Virus record (IMG/VR): IMGVR_UViG_3300047558_000137
Span: 186,001 to 250,000 of that record
DNA length: 64,000 nt
Direction: 5' to 3' (one strand)
Shown here: positions 1 through 9,002 of the stretch, one piece after another
How the letters are laid out: each line of letters opens with the position of its first letter
Numbering within the stretch: position 1 is the stretch's first letter
Notes under the pieces: model-generated
Databases searched by the model: none
Told to the model about the DNA's origin: nothing
What the model saw: only the letters and a program-made list of their open reading frames with translations
Made by a program: the position numbers and the translations under genes

Positions 1-124
1 CTAGTAATCTAGCAATAGTATCATTACCGCCGCCGGGACTATATGGAACTACAATTTTAGTTTCGTTTGCATGAACACACAAAGAAATTGCCATAGAAGC
101 AATTACAATTATTTTTTTAATCAT
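1..124 (-). CDS. Partial (5' end) Bug/TctC tripartite tricarboxylate transporter substrate-binding protein
   Basis: Manual translation from ATG at 124 gives MIKKIIVIASMAISLCVHANETKIVVPYSPGGGNDTIARLL, which runs off the window edge. It has a signal peptide followed by the IVVPxxPGGxxDxxAR Bug/TctC motif. Confidence 0.8.
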   Translation of the reverse strand, partial: MIKKIIVIASMAISLCVHANETKIVVPYSPGGGNDTIARLL

Positions 125-144
125 TGGATATATGTATTTGAATA

Positions 145-475
145 GTGGTAGCTTATTCTGTTACGAGGAAAGCTACCGAAACCCTAGGCGGCGTTTAGGC
201 TACCAATGCGAACTGTGAGTCGTTTGCGTTTACTTTTTTGCTTCTACGGCCGGGAAACCCCAACCCTAAGGGCTTTCACATTGCCCTGCTGTCCACTCTG
301 TTACTCTTGACCCAATCGATCCTGTGTCAGGCCCATTATAAAACACACTAAGCACGACTACATTGCCAAAAAGACCTGGAAGTCAAAAACAATGTACATA
401 ATGTGTTTTATGGTGGACCTGGGCGGCACTGCCCCGCCGTCTTGAATCCTTTTCTCTTTGCTTCATACAGCAATA
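145..475 (-). ncRNA. ssrA: Circularly permuted (two-piece) tmRNA, tag ANDSQFALVA
   Basis: On the minus strand the acceptor piece ends GGCGG-GGCAGTG-CCGCC-CAGGTCC-ACCA (CCA end at 411). An intervening hairpin follows at 335-410. The coding piece starts GGGCCTG at 334 and pairs with CAGGTCC to give G3:U70. The tag ORF is at 227-195 and AACAGAA is at 162-156. Outer ends are approximate. Confidence 0.93.
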
Positions 476-477
476 AC

Positions 478-921
478 TTAATACTCTTCTACTTTAACAA
501 TCTTTGCGGCAGTTGTCAAATATTCCCACACACTTTCATTGTAGTGTGGCTTACCTGCCCAATAGTTTTCTGCCGCTGATTTAACTTCAGCACTGTCAAT
601 TGCATGTCCGTCACCGATTAACATACTTACTTCACTGCCCCAGTTTAGATCGTGACGTTGCACAGGACCTTCTGGGACTACAGTAAATAACCAATCAGTT
701 GCACCACCAGCTAAATCTACATCATCTGGATCGCTACACATAAAAACACTTTGCTTATGTGATAGCATGTTTTGTGGACGATACATTTCCAATGGACGAT
801 AAAAGTCCGTATGCCCCCAATTGGCCTCATAGTTGTTGCGTGGGGTTAGAACTGTACCTACTGGTAATTCTGTGGAACTGCCGTGGTAAAATGTTGGACT
901 AGTAATCTCTGTAATACGCAT
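478..921 (-). CDS. Putative ADP-ribosyltransferase (Arr-like fold)
   Basis: FYHGS..LPVGTVLTP, VFMCSD, FTVVPEG and a C-terminal E strand resemble the Arr ART family. TAAATA lies just upstream. Confidence 0.55.
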   Translation of the reverse strand: MRITEITSPTFYHGSSTELPVGTVLTPRNNYEANWGHTDFYRPLEMYRPQNMLSHKQSVFMCSDPDDVDLAGGATDWLFTVVPEGPVQRHDLNWGSEVSMLIGDGHAIDSAEVKSAAENYWAGKPHYNESVWEYLTTAAKIVKVEEY

Positions 922-966
922 TTTATATTTATATCCAAGTTGGTCAACAATCTGACTTGACAGATA

Positions 967-1049
967 GTAGGCTCAACCAACCTAGTGTTCCGGGCTCATT
1001 TCGTGTCTTCTTGGATACAAATAGGTTGCCCTACCGAAGTAGGGCTACC
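967..1049 (-). other. Structured intergenic element (candidate ncRNA or 3' UTR structure)
   Basis: GCCCTAC-TTCG-GTAGGGC hairpin (C-UUCG-G on the minus strand) at 1028-1045, plus a CAACCTA/TAGGTTG stem (978-984/1022-1028) enclosing a further stem. Confidence 0.4.
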
Positions 1050-1074
1050 ACATTAACTAAGGAGAAATCCGCAA

Positions 1075-1398
1075 TTAAGCGGCTGCTTTTTCTGCGGCAC
1101 GAGCTTGGATAGACTCCATGCTAGGCTTAACAGCCTTGGCCTTAACAGTTGCCACAGCATTATACTTGGCATCTGCTGTGTCAATGGCTTCTTTGTATGC
1201 GGCATTAGAATACAAGTCAGTTGTTTTGAGATGGCTAACCAACTCAGCTTTGGTCATGGCCTTGGGCAACTCAAACAGTTGCACATCTGTGTCTGTCTTT
1301 GCCAAGATCTTGACACGGGTCATGTCGGTTGCAAAGCGAACTTTGTAACCAGATTTGCACTTACTAACACCACCAACTTTAAAAAGTTTATCAGTCAT
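1075..1398 (-). CDS. Hypothetical phage protein
   Basis: ORF with a GGAG RBS and phage-like codon usage. Confidence 0.75.
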   Translation of the reverse strand: MTDKLFKVGGVSKCKSGYKVRFATDMTRVKILAKTDTDVQLFELPKAMTKAELVSHLKTTDLYSNAAYKEAIDTADAKYNAVATVKAKAVKPSMESIQARAAEKAAA

Positions 1399-1509
1399 AA
1401 TTTACTCCATAAAAAGACTGTTGTTGAAATGTCCACACACTGGACATATTCAAATTGTAGTTGAAACCGAATTTAGCGTCAACCACAATTTGAACCTTGT
1501 TTGCCCATT

Positions 1510-1638
1510 TTACTGGGCCAATTCCTTGCTGTGCTCTTTAACAGCACCAATACCGTTGTCCAGAATTCGAGCAACACCGCTAAAGCCGACTGTGGCTACA
1601 ACGATGCCCAAAATGAATCCAATTAGAATGTTACGCAT
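1510..1638 (-). CDS. Small membrane protein (42 aa)
   Basis: Manual translation MRNILIGFILGIVVATVGFSGVARILDNGIGAVKEHSKELAQ, with a GAGG RBS. Confidence 0.7.
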   Translation of the reverse strand: MRNILIGFILGIVVATVGFSGVARILDNGIGAVKEHSKELAQ

Positions 1639-1652
1639 TTTGGGCCTCTTGA

Positions 1653-1988
1653 TTAACGGGTAAGTTTGTACATTGTGCCTTTGGGAGTAACTTTACCCCA
1701 GACACCTTCTTTGGCCCAATCTGCTTCGAGCAGTTTGAGAGCTTGGCCATCTGTAATACGATAGCCAATTGCAACTTTTACATAGGCTGTTTTCTTGTCA
1801 TAGCTAACAGGGTAAATAGTTCCTTCAATAACCTCGCCAAGTCCAATTTTGACTTTTTCCAAAAGGAGACTCTGTTTATCAGTATAAAGGCTACGATTAA
1901 CGCTGTTCTTCATACGACGGTCGAGCCATGCGCCGCCCTTGCGGGTAGGGGGTGCTTCGTTTGAAAAATTAGAAACAATAACTTGCAT
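1653..1988 (-). CDS. Hypothetical early protein
   Basis: CAGGAG RBS, downstream of an early promoter unit. Confidence 0.75.
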   Translation of the reverse strand: MQVIVSNFSNEAPPTRKGGAWLDRRMKNSVNRSLYTDKQSLLLEKVKIGLGEVIEGTIYPVSYDKKTAYVKVAIGYRITDGQALKLLEADWAKEGVWGKVTPKGTMYKLTR

Positions 1989-2042
1989 TTTTACACTCCT
2001 GTGTGTAGTTAAAAAATGTTGCTTGTTTGTTGCAACACCTTA

Positions 2043-2130
2043 ATTATACAACAGAAATGGGCTGTTTTTGCCCAGAATTCCCAAATTGTTGCAGAAATAC
2101 AACGGGCACAAAAGTAATACTCAAGTATTA
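2043..2130 (-). promoter_or_regulatory. Early promoter unit with TTGTTG-N8-CAAC and TAATACT-NN-AGTATTA palindromes
   Basis: TATAAT at 2048-2043 and palindromes at 2086-2103 and 2115-2130. The same layout recurs at 15.8, 19.35 and 48.75 kb. Confidence 0.65.
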
Positions 2131-2161
2131 AGTTATAAATACACTAATAAAGGATTCCTAC

Positions 2162-2728
2162 ATGATCACCGAAATTAAAAAATCAAAGCGCTCTAGCACG
2201 TCAGTACAATTTTATAATGAGTCTGGCTCTGCAATTCATGCTGCCGTAGCTGCCGCTGGACAAACATTCATTGATGCAGGAAAAGTAACTGTCAATGAAA
2301 CATTAAGCGACGATGGACTTACAAAAACATACACAACTACGTTTGCTGATTTAGAAACATACGGTCAAGTTGATTCATTAAAAACTGTTGCAATGGATTT
2401 GGATTTCTTGGACTATGTTGGATCACATGGATTCCCATTGTTACCTGACCATTATGTACAAACTGGTATTGAGCAACCATTTGATCATATTATAACCTAT
2501 TCGTTTCCTGAAGGCGCAACAAATGCAGATGGCGAAGAATTAATTACAGCTATTCCGGCTGCGGCATTGAGCAACTATGTATCAGATGTTAATGTTACTG
2601 CAACTAGCGTTGCTATTACCTATAGATTTAATAATTCAACAGAATTTACACAGAATCATTTTAACGATCTTCCGTATTTGACTCAATGGCCAAATGTAAG
2701 CCGCACTCTTTCTTATCAACTTGTATAA
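2162..2728 (+). CDS. Hypothetical late protein
   Basis: TATAAATA at 2134-2141, AAGGA RBS, 188 aa. Confidence 0.75.
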   Translation: MITEIKKSKRSSTSVQFYNESGSAIHAAVAAAGQTFIDAGKVTVNETLSDDGLTKTYTTTFADLETYGQVDSLKTVAMDLDFLDYVGSHGFPLLPDHYVQTGIEQPFDHIITYSFPEGATNADGEELITAIPAAALSNYVSDVNVTATSVAITYRFNNSTEFTQNHFNDLPYLTQWPNVSRTLSYQLV

Positions 2729-2746
2729 TAACAATAACAGTTCAAC

Positions 2747-2775
2747 AAAAAACCCGCCTAGGCGGGTTTTGTTTT
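2747..2775. terminator. Bidirectional intrinsic terminator
   Basis: AAAAAACCCGCC-TA-GGCGGGTTTT between convergent genes. Confidence 0.85.
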
Positions 2776-2788
2776 GGGTAAACAGATC

Positions 2789-3613
2789 TTACTCTGCGTT
2801 CTTACCGCATTTAGCACGTTTAGCATTTGTTAACGCACCAAAGTCCACTGGCCATTCTTGACCAGGTGCAAGTTCTTTGGCGTTAGCTGGAAACTTATAT
2901 TGTACACCAGCTTGTTGTTGAATCTGTGCTACTGGAACACGGAACTTAGTTAAGTCATTGCCTAGGTTAACATAGGGCTTGGTGTGCGGAAATGCCCATC
3001 CAGCAACTGCACCTGTAGCATTGTTAATTACAATTTTATAATATCCATGTGGAACAATGATATCTTTCTTTGCACCGATAAACTCATCACCAGCGCCATA
3101 GAATGCGCCAACGTATATCGTAAAGGGTTGATTCAGTTGTACCGACCATCCTCTTACAGACGTTTCCAGTAATTTCCATATCCCACGATTTAGGCTTCCG
3201 TGTTGTGGGTACATATTTGTCATTAAAAAACTTTCGTACTCTACAATAGCACTCCAGCTTAAATCACCGTCTGGGGCAGCGTGTCCTTTATCGTAGCCAG
3301 TGCCAGCGTAATCATCTGGACGAGCACCACCTTGTACACTTGCGTCGGCAACGAAAGCGTTTGTGCGTGGGAAACAACCCAATGCGTTTTGTGGTAACAA
3401 TGTGTAGGCTACATAAGCAGGTATCTTGACAGGAGCATCATATGCTACTAGGTATGCTTCACGGCAAATAGGTTGCACTTGACGTGCTGTTTGTGCAAAG
3501 CCGTACGGGCTATGTGGTTGGCAAGCCTGTGGTGCCAATGGAGCTCGTTGATCCCAAGCATAACCTGATATGCTTAACGCCGCGAGAATTAGTGAAAAGA
3601 GAATTTTTTTCAT
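2789..3613 (-). CDS. Secreted DNA/RNA non-specific endonuclease (NucA/EndoG family)
   Basis: Signal peptide; YDKGH active-site motif; SFLMTNMYPQ..LNRGIWKLLE. Confidence 0.9.
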   Translation of the reverse strand: MKKILFSLILAALSISGYAWDQRAPLAPQACQPHSPYGFAQTARQVQPICREAYLVAYDAPVKIPAYVAYTLLPQNALGCFPRTNAFVADASVQGGARPDDYAGTGYDKGHAAPDGDLSWSAIVEYESFLMTNMYPQHGSLNRGIWKLLETSVRGWSVQLNQPFTIYVGAFYGAGDEFIGAKKDIIVPHGYYKIVINNATGAVAGWAFPHTKPYVNLGNDLTKFRVPVAQIQQQAGVQYKFPANAKELAPGQEWPVDFGALTNAKRAKCGKNAE

Positions 3614-3664
3614 CGAAAGTCCTTTATAATGGTAAAGTATTTACCAAATTTTGGACTAACTTTG

Positions 3665-3880
3665 TCAGTCAAACTTTGCTAACTGTGTGTAGTAGTCGGG
3701 GCGCTCTTTAAGATGATCTAGAGCGATTTCACGGGCGGTTGCTGTGTTTTTTGTATGCTCATGTTCCACGGAGATACCTTTAGCTAACTGTTGTTTAATA
3801 TATTCAACAGATACACTGTGTCGCTTGGCCAACTGCTCAGGGGACAGTGTGGGTTTATCAAGTATCTCGTGTGCTCTCAT
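3665..3880 (-). CDS. Small conserved phage protein (DUF5661-like)
   Basis: GISVEHEH..AREIALDHLKERPDYYTQL motif. Confidence 0.65.
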   Translation of the reverse strand: MRAHEILDKPTLSPEQLAKRHSVSVEYIKQQLAKGISVEHEHTKNTATAREIALDHLKERPDYYTQLAKFD

Positions 3881-5148
3881 TAGTGTTCTAGCAAGTATGT
3901 GCCAATAACGTCACGACTGTTGGCACTTGTGTCGGGGAATCCAGGACGAACAATAACGTTCCACTTTGGTGTTTCTGGATCGTGCTGTTCATCAGGCAAA
4001 TCTGTCCATTCGTCATAGTCAAGAATGCTTTCAACAGGAACATTGTAGGCTTGAGCTATGCGATTTTTTAGTTCTTCTAAAGCACCTTCTTTGTAACCCC
4101 AGATCTTATCCTTACCCTTAAGATCAAACGGATCTGGTATACGTTCTAATAGGCCTTTAAACATTTCACGTGGAACAATTTGGCTGTGTTTGACACGTTT
4201 ACCAGTCTGCTGTTGGTGAATCTTAATTACTTTACGCTGTTCGCCCTTAGCGCCTTCACTCCAGTTAGGATCAAAGTTTGGTGGCAAATCGGCAGTAATA
4301 GTGTTGGCCATTTTGCTGTAGCAATAGAACTTAACTTCAGGAAAACGTTTGGCAATACGTATGGCCATTTGCAAGTAGGCATCACTAAAGAAGTCGCCGG
4401 CATCATGCCACCGAACGTTAACTTGTATCTTCTGACGCTTGTAGGCTAGATACTGTCCTTGTATTTCGTGACTTAGTTGTTCCTCAAACCCCTGTGGATC
4501 ATTTAGCAAGAAGTTTAAGTTCTGACTCATTGTTTTCCATGGGCCATCAAACACAATGTAAAAGCCGCCTTTAACATAGCAGTTCTGTTGGCAAGAGCCT
4601 GCACCCGGGCAAGTGTTTACATAGACAAACTTATTTGTTTCTTCGTCTACTGCCAGCCCTTTTAATGCAGGCAATGAAGTGTTAAAGTAAACACCAGATT
4701 TTTGCATCTTGCTGTTCTGTGCTAGGATAGATTTAGGTCTAGTTTTAATAATAGCCTTCATTGCTTCAACATCAATGGTTTTACCATCGGCCATAAACTT
4801 AATGCTACTGGCATGAATGTAAGGCTTTGTGTAATAGTCAGTGGTCTTTTCTTTTTCACTACGTGTTTCTGGAGCATCTGGGCCCCATGTTTGTAATGTC
4901 TGTTGACTCTGTTGCTGAGTCTTGCTAGTCTTTTTCTCAGCATCTCTACGCAGTGCATCAGCTTTAATACGACCTAGATAGTCGGCCATTTCTTCATCAG
5001 GTACTTCAGTGTGTGGTGCGTCTAGACCGATTGCTTCATCTACTTCAGCGTCGGGCTGTTGACCTTTAAACAATGCACTCAGTGGCTTTACTTCTACGCC
5101 AGGTAGTTTGATGCTTTCGTATAATTTGTTAAATTCTTTGTATCTCAT
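3880..5148 (-). CDS. GP88-like Fe-S/radical-SAM-like protein
   Basis: TCPGAGSCQQNCY, VRWHDAGDFFS and FYCYSK motifs typical of the phage gene product 88 family. Confidence 0.7.
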   Translation of the reverse strand: MRYKEFNKLYESIKLPGVEVKPLSALFKGQQPDAEVDEAIGLDAPHTEVPDEEMADYLGRIKADALRRDAEKKTSKTQQQSQQTLQTWGPDAPETRSEKEKTTDYYTKPYIHASSIKFMADGKTIDVEAMKAIIKTRPKSILAQNSKMQKSGVYFNTSLPALKGLAVDEETNKFVYVNTCPGAGSCQQNCYVKGGFYIVFDGPWKTMSQNLNFLLNDPQGFEEQLSHEIQGQYLAYKRQKIQVNVRWHDAGDFFSDAYLQMAIRIAKRFPEVKFYCYSKMANTITADLPPNFDPNWSEGAKGEQRKVIKIHQQQTGKRVKHSQIVPREMFKGLLERIPDPFDLKGKDKIWGYKEGALEELKNRIAQAYNVPVESILDYDEWTDLPDEQHDPETPKWNVIVRPGFPDTSANSRDVIGTYLLEH

Positions 5149-5157
5149 ATTGTTCTC

Positions 5158-6405
5158 TTATAATCTGCTGGTAGCATCTTTAATTATGCCTGGTAATACT
5201 TTTTCAATTGCACCTGATACCAATGTAGAAAGATCTCCTTCTAATGTCATTCCGGCATGTTGGAATACATCGGGATCGATTTCATCCAGTTCTTCTACAT
5301 ACATCCAAAATTCTTCTTTACGCATCCAATCGCCAGTTAGGTTAAAGATAAGATCATACATGCCATCTATATTTCCCCAATCGTTTGGACTTGATTGATA
5401 TGCAATTTGTTTGGCTAGGTCCCAAGAATGTGTTAACGAAGTTTCTATCATTGCATATAGTTCTTCATAATCAATAATATCTCTTACCAGGGAATCTGAC
5501 CGTACAACATCTCTAGCAAGTTTCTTGGCTTCGGTGCTTGCAGTATTCTTTAGATATGTTGATAGCTGTTTAGTTAATTGAGATTTAACATCTTGTTCTA
5601 TTGTGTCAAACTGTTCGGGCGAATACAAGAACGCATAGGCACCAGTACGTTCGGCAGTGGCACGGAACAGATCTCTTAATTGTGGAAACCTATCAAGCAA
5701 TGAAGGAATGTCAGTCTGACGATCATTCTCGTCCATAAACTGTTTAGCTTCAAAATGGAATTGATATTTTTCGCCGGGATGTGAAGGCTTTGTTGGGATA
5801 ACAATGTACAATGGTCCGGACTTGGCGTATTGGTCAAACATATTGTTGTCTCGACCTGCTGTACACCAACGTGTGCCTTGCCCATAGTAGCATGATGCTT
5901 TTTCATCGTTGGGCTTAATAACACGCACATCAGCATCGCGGTAGACTTCTTCTGCTGATCCACGGTCTACATTTTTAGGTTCGTCAACAACATCAGGAAA
6001 CTGGTCAACTACCTGACTTAGGTCGGGTAATCCACGATAACGATTAATGTCGTTTTGCGGAACTGGAATCTTTTTCTTTTGTACTAATTTAAAGAATTTA
6101 GCAAGGTAAGGAGTATACTTGCTCATATCTTCAAATTTTACATCACCCTGTGCATAGGCACGTGCCAACCAGGCAACATACTGTTTGTTTGCTGTAGGAT
6201 CAAACTGTTCTAGTTTAACCAACAAATGATGAATAATGTTGGCTGTGCCTTCTTCGCTAGGATTGGCGGGCATGGGCAAAATACGATCTTGCCATGACTT
6301 AGGCTCACGTTGAAACTTTGCCAATAAAGCATTGCCCAGCTTTTGTGCTGTAATGTCTCTATTGTATTCTCTTAATACCTGCGGGCCAAATTGTTTAAAA
6401 CGCAT
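5158..6405 (-). CDS. Conserved jumbo-phage hypothetical protein (WCT motif)
   Basis: ASCYYGQGTRWCTA..F..Y..GPLY..KYQFHF..QFMDEND. Confidence 0.7.
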   Translation of the reverse strand: MRFKQFGPQVLREYNRDITAQKLGNALLAKFQREPKSWQDRILPMPANPSEEGTANIIHHLLVKLEQFDPTANKQYVAWLARAYAQGDVKFEDMSKYTPYLAKFFKLVQKKKIPVPQNDINRYRGLPDLSQVVDQFPDVVDEPKNVDRGSAEEVYRDADVRVIKPNDEKASCYYGQGTRWCTAGRDNNMFDQYAKSGPLYIVIPTKPSHPGEKYQFHFEAKQFMDENDRQTDIPSLLDRFPQLRDLFRATAERTGAYAFLYSPEQFDTIEQDVKSQLTKQLSTYLKNTASTEAKKLARDVVRSDSLVRDIIDYEELYAMIETSLTHSWDLAKQIAYQSSPNDWGNIDGMYDLIFNLTGDWMRKEEFWMYVEELDEIDPDVFQHAGMTLEGDLSTLVSGAIEKVLPGIIKDATSRL

Positions 6406-6418
6406 AAAATAACCAGTT

Positions 6419-7357
6419 TCAGTTATTTATGCGACTATTGTAAGGCATTAGTGCAAGGATTTGATCCAGTCCACGTGCCTGTGCAGCCATGGCACGATGA
6501 TTACCATCTAGTACCCAGCCATCTGCATCAACGACAATTGGCTTACGATTTACGTTATAGCTACTAACATCATCAATGTGGTCCCAGTTGATATCAATAA
6601 CTCGACGATATGGATCATCTTGGTGTACATACTCAGGAGTTTTTAATGAGCTCACTGGTACATATCCTAGTACCCAAACTTTACTGGCCAGAATAGGTTT
6701 TTCTAAATGATACTCGTGATGTATGCCCTGTACATATTTTAGTACCTGGCGGCTAGTAAACAATTTACCAACACCTTTAGGACTATCAATTTCTTCATCA
6801 ACTGGATCACGTTTACTTGGTCTAATCTGCCCATGCAGTGCATCACGTAGTTTCTGTAATGTTATTTTCCAATCAGTATCAACGTGTAATATGCCAATGC
6901 CGCCATGCGATTCCCATAAACGAATATTAGTTTCCCAATCATCAATTAAGATGTTGGGTGTTTCGTCTGGCTGCTGTGCATAGCGATATTTTTCGTGATC
7001 AAATATAACTGCCTGTGGCTGATCCTTGCGGATATACTTGTCTAGCCATTTGGCTTTTTCTTCGCTACTTTGATCCACATTGCTTAGTAAGGGACTGCTT
7101 AGTATGCTGTAGTTGCCGGCAATTTTAATAACGCCTTGTAGTAAATTACTGGCGTTAGGCATTGGGGGCAGTGTCTCGAAGAACTCAGGTTGCTTGGCAA
7201 TTTGATCGATGCCTATGTCTTGACGGTGTATTTCGCGCCAATACTCAACTCCATGTTTGCGGGCAATTTCCCCAAAGAAGTCAGCAAGAACCCCGTCCAT
7301 ATCTACGTAGACTAGGGGTTTTGAATGATATTGATTTTCTAGTTCAAAAAGTTTCAC
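6419..7357 (-). CDS. HAD 5'(3')-deoxyribonucleotidase fused to a ParB/Srx-like domain
   Basis: VYVDMDGVLADF and ILIDD (NT5C-type HAD); C-terminal PIVVDADGWVLDGNHRAMAA (ParB-like). Confidence 0.75.
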   Translation of the reverse strand: MKLFELENQYHSKPLVYVDMDGVLADFFGEIARKHGVEYWREIHRQDIGIDQIAKQPEFFETLPPMPNASNLLQGVIKIAGNYSILSSPLLSNVDQSSEEKAKWLDKYIRKDQPQAVIFDHEKYRYAQQPDETPNILIDDWETNIRLWESHGGIGILHVDTDWKITLQKLRDALHGQIRPSKRDPVDEEIDSPKGVGKLFTSRQVLKYVQGIHHEYHLEKPILASKVWVLGYVPVSSLKTPEYVHQDDPYRRVIDINWDHIDDVSSYNVNRKPIVVDADGWVLDGNHRAMAAQARGLDQILALMPYNSRINN

Positions 7358-7377
7358 AGTAATATATTTATTACTGT

Positions 7378-7935
7378 TTAGCCGTATATCTCTGCAAATA
7401 GTGGGTTAGTATTTTGCAGGAACATTCTGTACACATTGCGGTTACGTGTGACAATTTCTTGTGTGATTGTATTCAAGTCTGCTGGGGGCAAGGGCAGTTT
7501 GGTTTCTGTTTCCCCGTATTCAGATCTAAGTGACATTCCATACTTTGTGCATAGATGCTTAATCGGTTGATTCCAGCTTAGACAGTGCATATACAGACTG
7601 TTATAACCACGATTACGTGCCCAAACAATTGCCTCGCTCATCATACGATCAGCAATGCCATTTCCGCGATGTTCGGCATCAACAATAACGCCAAACTCAA
7701 CTTCGTCAATTTGGCTTTCAGAAATATGAATTGTGCCAATCCACGAACCTTTATATTCTGCAACTAAAAAGTGATGCTTAGGAGCGGATTCAACGACGCC
7801 TTCTACTAGACGATCAATTTGCTCATCTGAGCAGTGTATTCCAAAATACGTTTGTCTAGTTTCAGCATCTAGCTTCTTTAGCCAAACTGCATACTGCCCG
7901 TATTCGGTAATTGATAATAAACGTGTAGTAATCAT
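7378..7935 (-). CDS. GNAT acetyltransferase
   Basis: EFGVIVDAEHRGNGIA motif A; N..IKHLCTKYG motif B. Confidence 0.85.
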   Translation of the reverse strand: MITTRLLSITEYGQYAVWLKKLDAETRQTYFGIHCSDEQIDRLVEGVVESAPKHHFLVAEYKGSWIGTIHISESQIDEVEFGVIVDAEHRGNGIADRMMSEAIVWARNRGYNSLYMHCLSWNQPIKHLCTKYGMSLRSEYGETETKLPLPPADLNTITQEIVTRNRNVYRMFLQNTNPLFAEIYG

Positions 7936-8045
7936 TGTGCAATAATCAAATAAACTACCATCAGCGCAATACCCCAGGCTGCAATTTTTGTGCCTAATTC
8001 ACTTGGTTCAGTAACAACAGAATTGTTGTTTTTTACATTGCTCAT
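7932..8045 (-). CDS. Small membrane peptide (37 aa)
   Basis: Manual translation MSNVKNNNSVVTEPSELGTKIAAWGIALMVVYLIIAQ, with ATGA overlaps on both sides. Confidence 0.55.
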   Translation of the reverse strand: MSNVKNNNSVVTEPSELGTKIAAWGIALMVVYLIIAQ

Positions 8046-8197
8046 AATGCCCAGTCCTTACGGCGGGTGTCATACTCCCTAATCCAATACTCAACTTCTG
8101 CTGTGCTAGTTGGGTATTTACTTGCTACATAATATTCAACGCTGTCTTGGTAAGTGCGTTCTGTAAATAGACTTTTGATCCATTCTAATAGTTTCAT
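8042..8197 (-). CDS. DUF3563-like small protein (51 aa)
   Basis: Manual translation MKLLEWIKSLFTERTYQDSVEYYVASKYPTSTAEVEYWIREYDTRRKDWAL. TAAATA and an AAGG RBS lie upstream. Confidence 0.55.
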   Translation of the reverse strand: MKLLEWIKSLFTERTYQDSVEYYVASKYPTSTAEVEYWIREYDTRRKDWAL

Positions 8198-8280
8198 AGT
8201 TTTCTACCTTTCGTAGTATTTACCACTAGTACTCAGTAGAAACCATGATATTCCTACCAAAATCTGTAACAGATGTTACA

Positions 8281-8901
8281 TCAGCGTTTTTCCACAACTT
8301 GATCGGCTAGACCAAACGCAACAGCTTCTTCTGCTGACAAGAATGTATCAAACTTCATAGTATCGAACATTTCATCGTATGTTTTGCCCACTGTGTTGTG
8401 CTTAACATAAAGTTCAGTTAGACGCTTGTTCAGGCGTTGGCTTTCCTCAAAAGTGCGTTTTGCATCTTCGAACTCCAGCTCTTGAACGTGTACAGATCCT
8501 TTAGTGCTGGGTGTGCCTGAACTAACACGGTGAATCATTGTTCGCGATTCGGGCAATACTAGTCGTTTGCCAGGGGCACCTGCCTGGGCAAGAAGACTTC
8601 CCATAGAGCAGGCTTGTCCCACAACAATGGTACTAACATCGGGTTTGATAAACTGCATAGTGTCATAGATAGCCAAGCCTGCTGTAACGAGACCGCCTGG
8701 GCTATTAATGTAGAATAAGATGTCTGCATCGGGATTTTCACTTTCTAAAAAGAGCATTTGAGCAACAACAAGGCTAGCACTGTGTTCGCTAACCTCAGTG
8801 TCGAGCATGACAATGCGATCTTTGAGCAAACGACTATAGATGTCGTAAGCACGTTCGCCATTAGCGGTTTTTTCTAATACGGTTGGTACAAAATTAGGCA
8901 T
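8281..8901 (-). CDS. clpP: ATP-dependent Clp protease proteolytic subunit
   Basis: [18 protein letters not shown], catalytic Ser in QACSMG, His in MIHR and Asp in DTFL. Confidence 0.96.
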   Translation of the reverse strand: MPNFVPTVLEKTANGERAYDIYSRLLKDRIVMLDTEVSEHSASLVVAQMLFLESENPDADILFYINSPGGLVTAGLAIYDTMQFIKPDVSTIVVGQACSMGSLLAQAGAPGKRLVLPESRTMIHRVSSGTPSTKGSVHVQELEFEDAKRTFEESQRLNKRLTELYVKHNTVGKTYDEMFDTMKFDTFLSAEEAVAFGLADQVVEKR

Positions 8902-9002
8902 AATTCCTGTTAACAGTTGTTGAGTATCTATTATAACACTAGTTTGAATTTTTACAAAGACCTATGATCATGTAAAAATAAATAATACATAAAAGATCAT
9001 TT

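Noticed and set aside
411-445. Stand-alone tRNA gene
   Set aside because: Only a T-arm and acceptor 3' half are present. They pair with GGGCCTG at 334-328 and belong to the permuted tmRNA.
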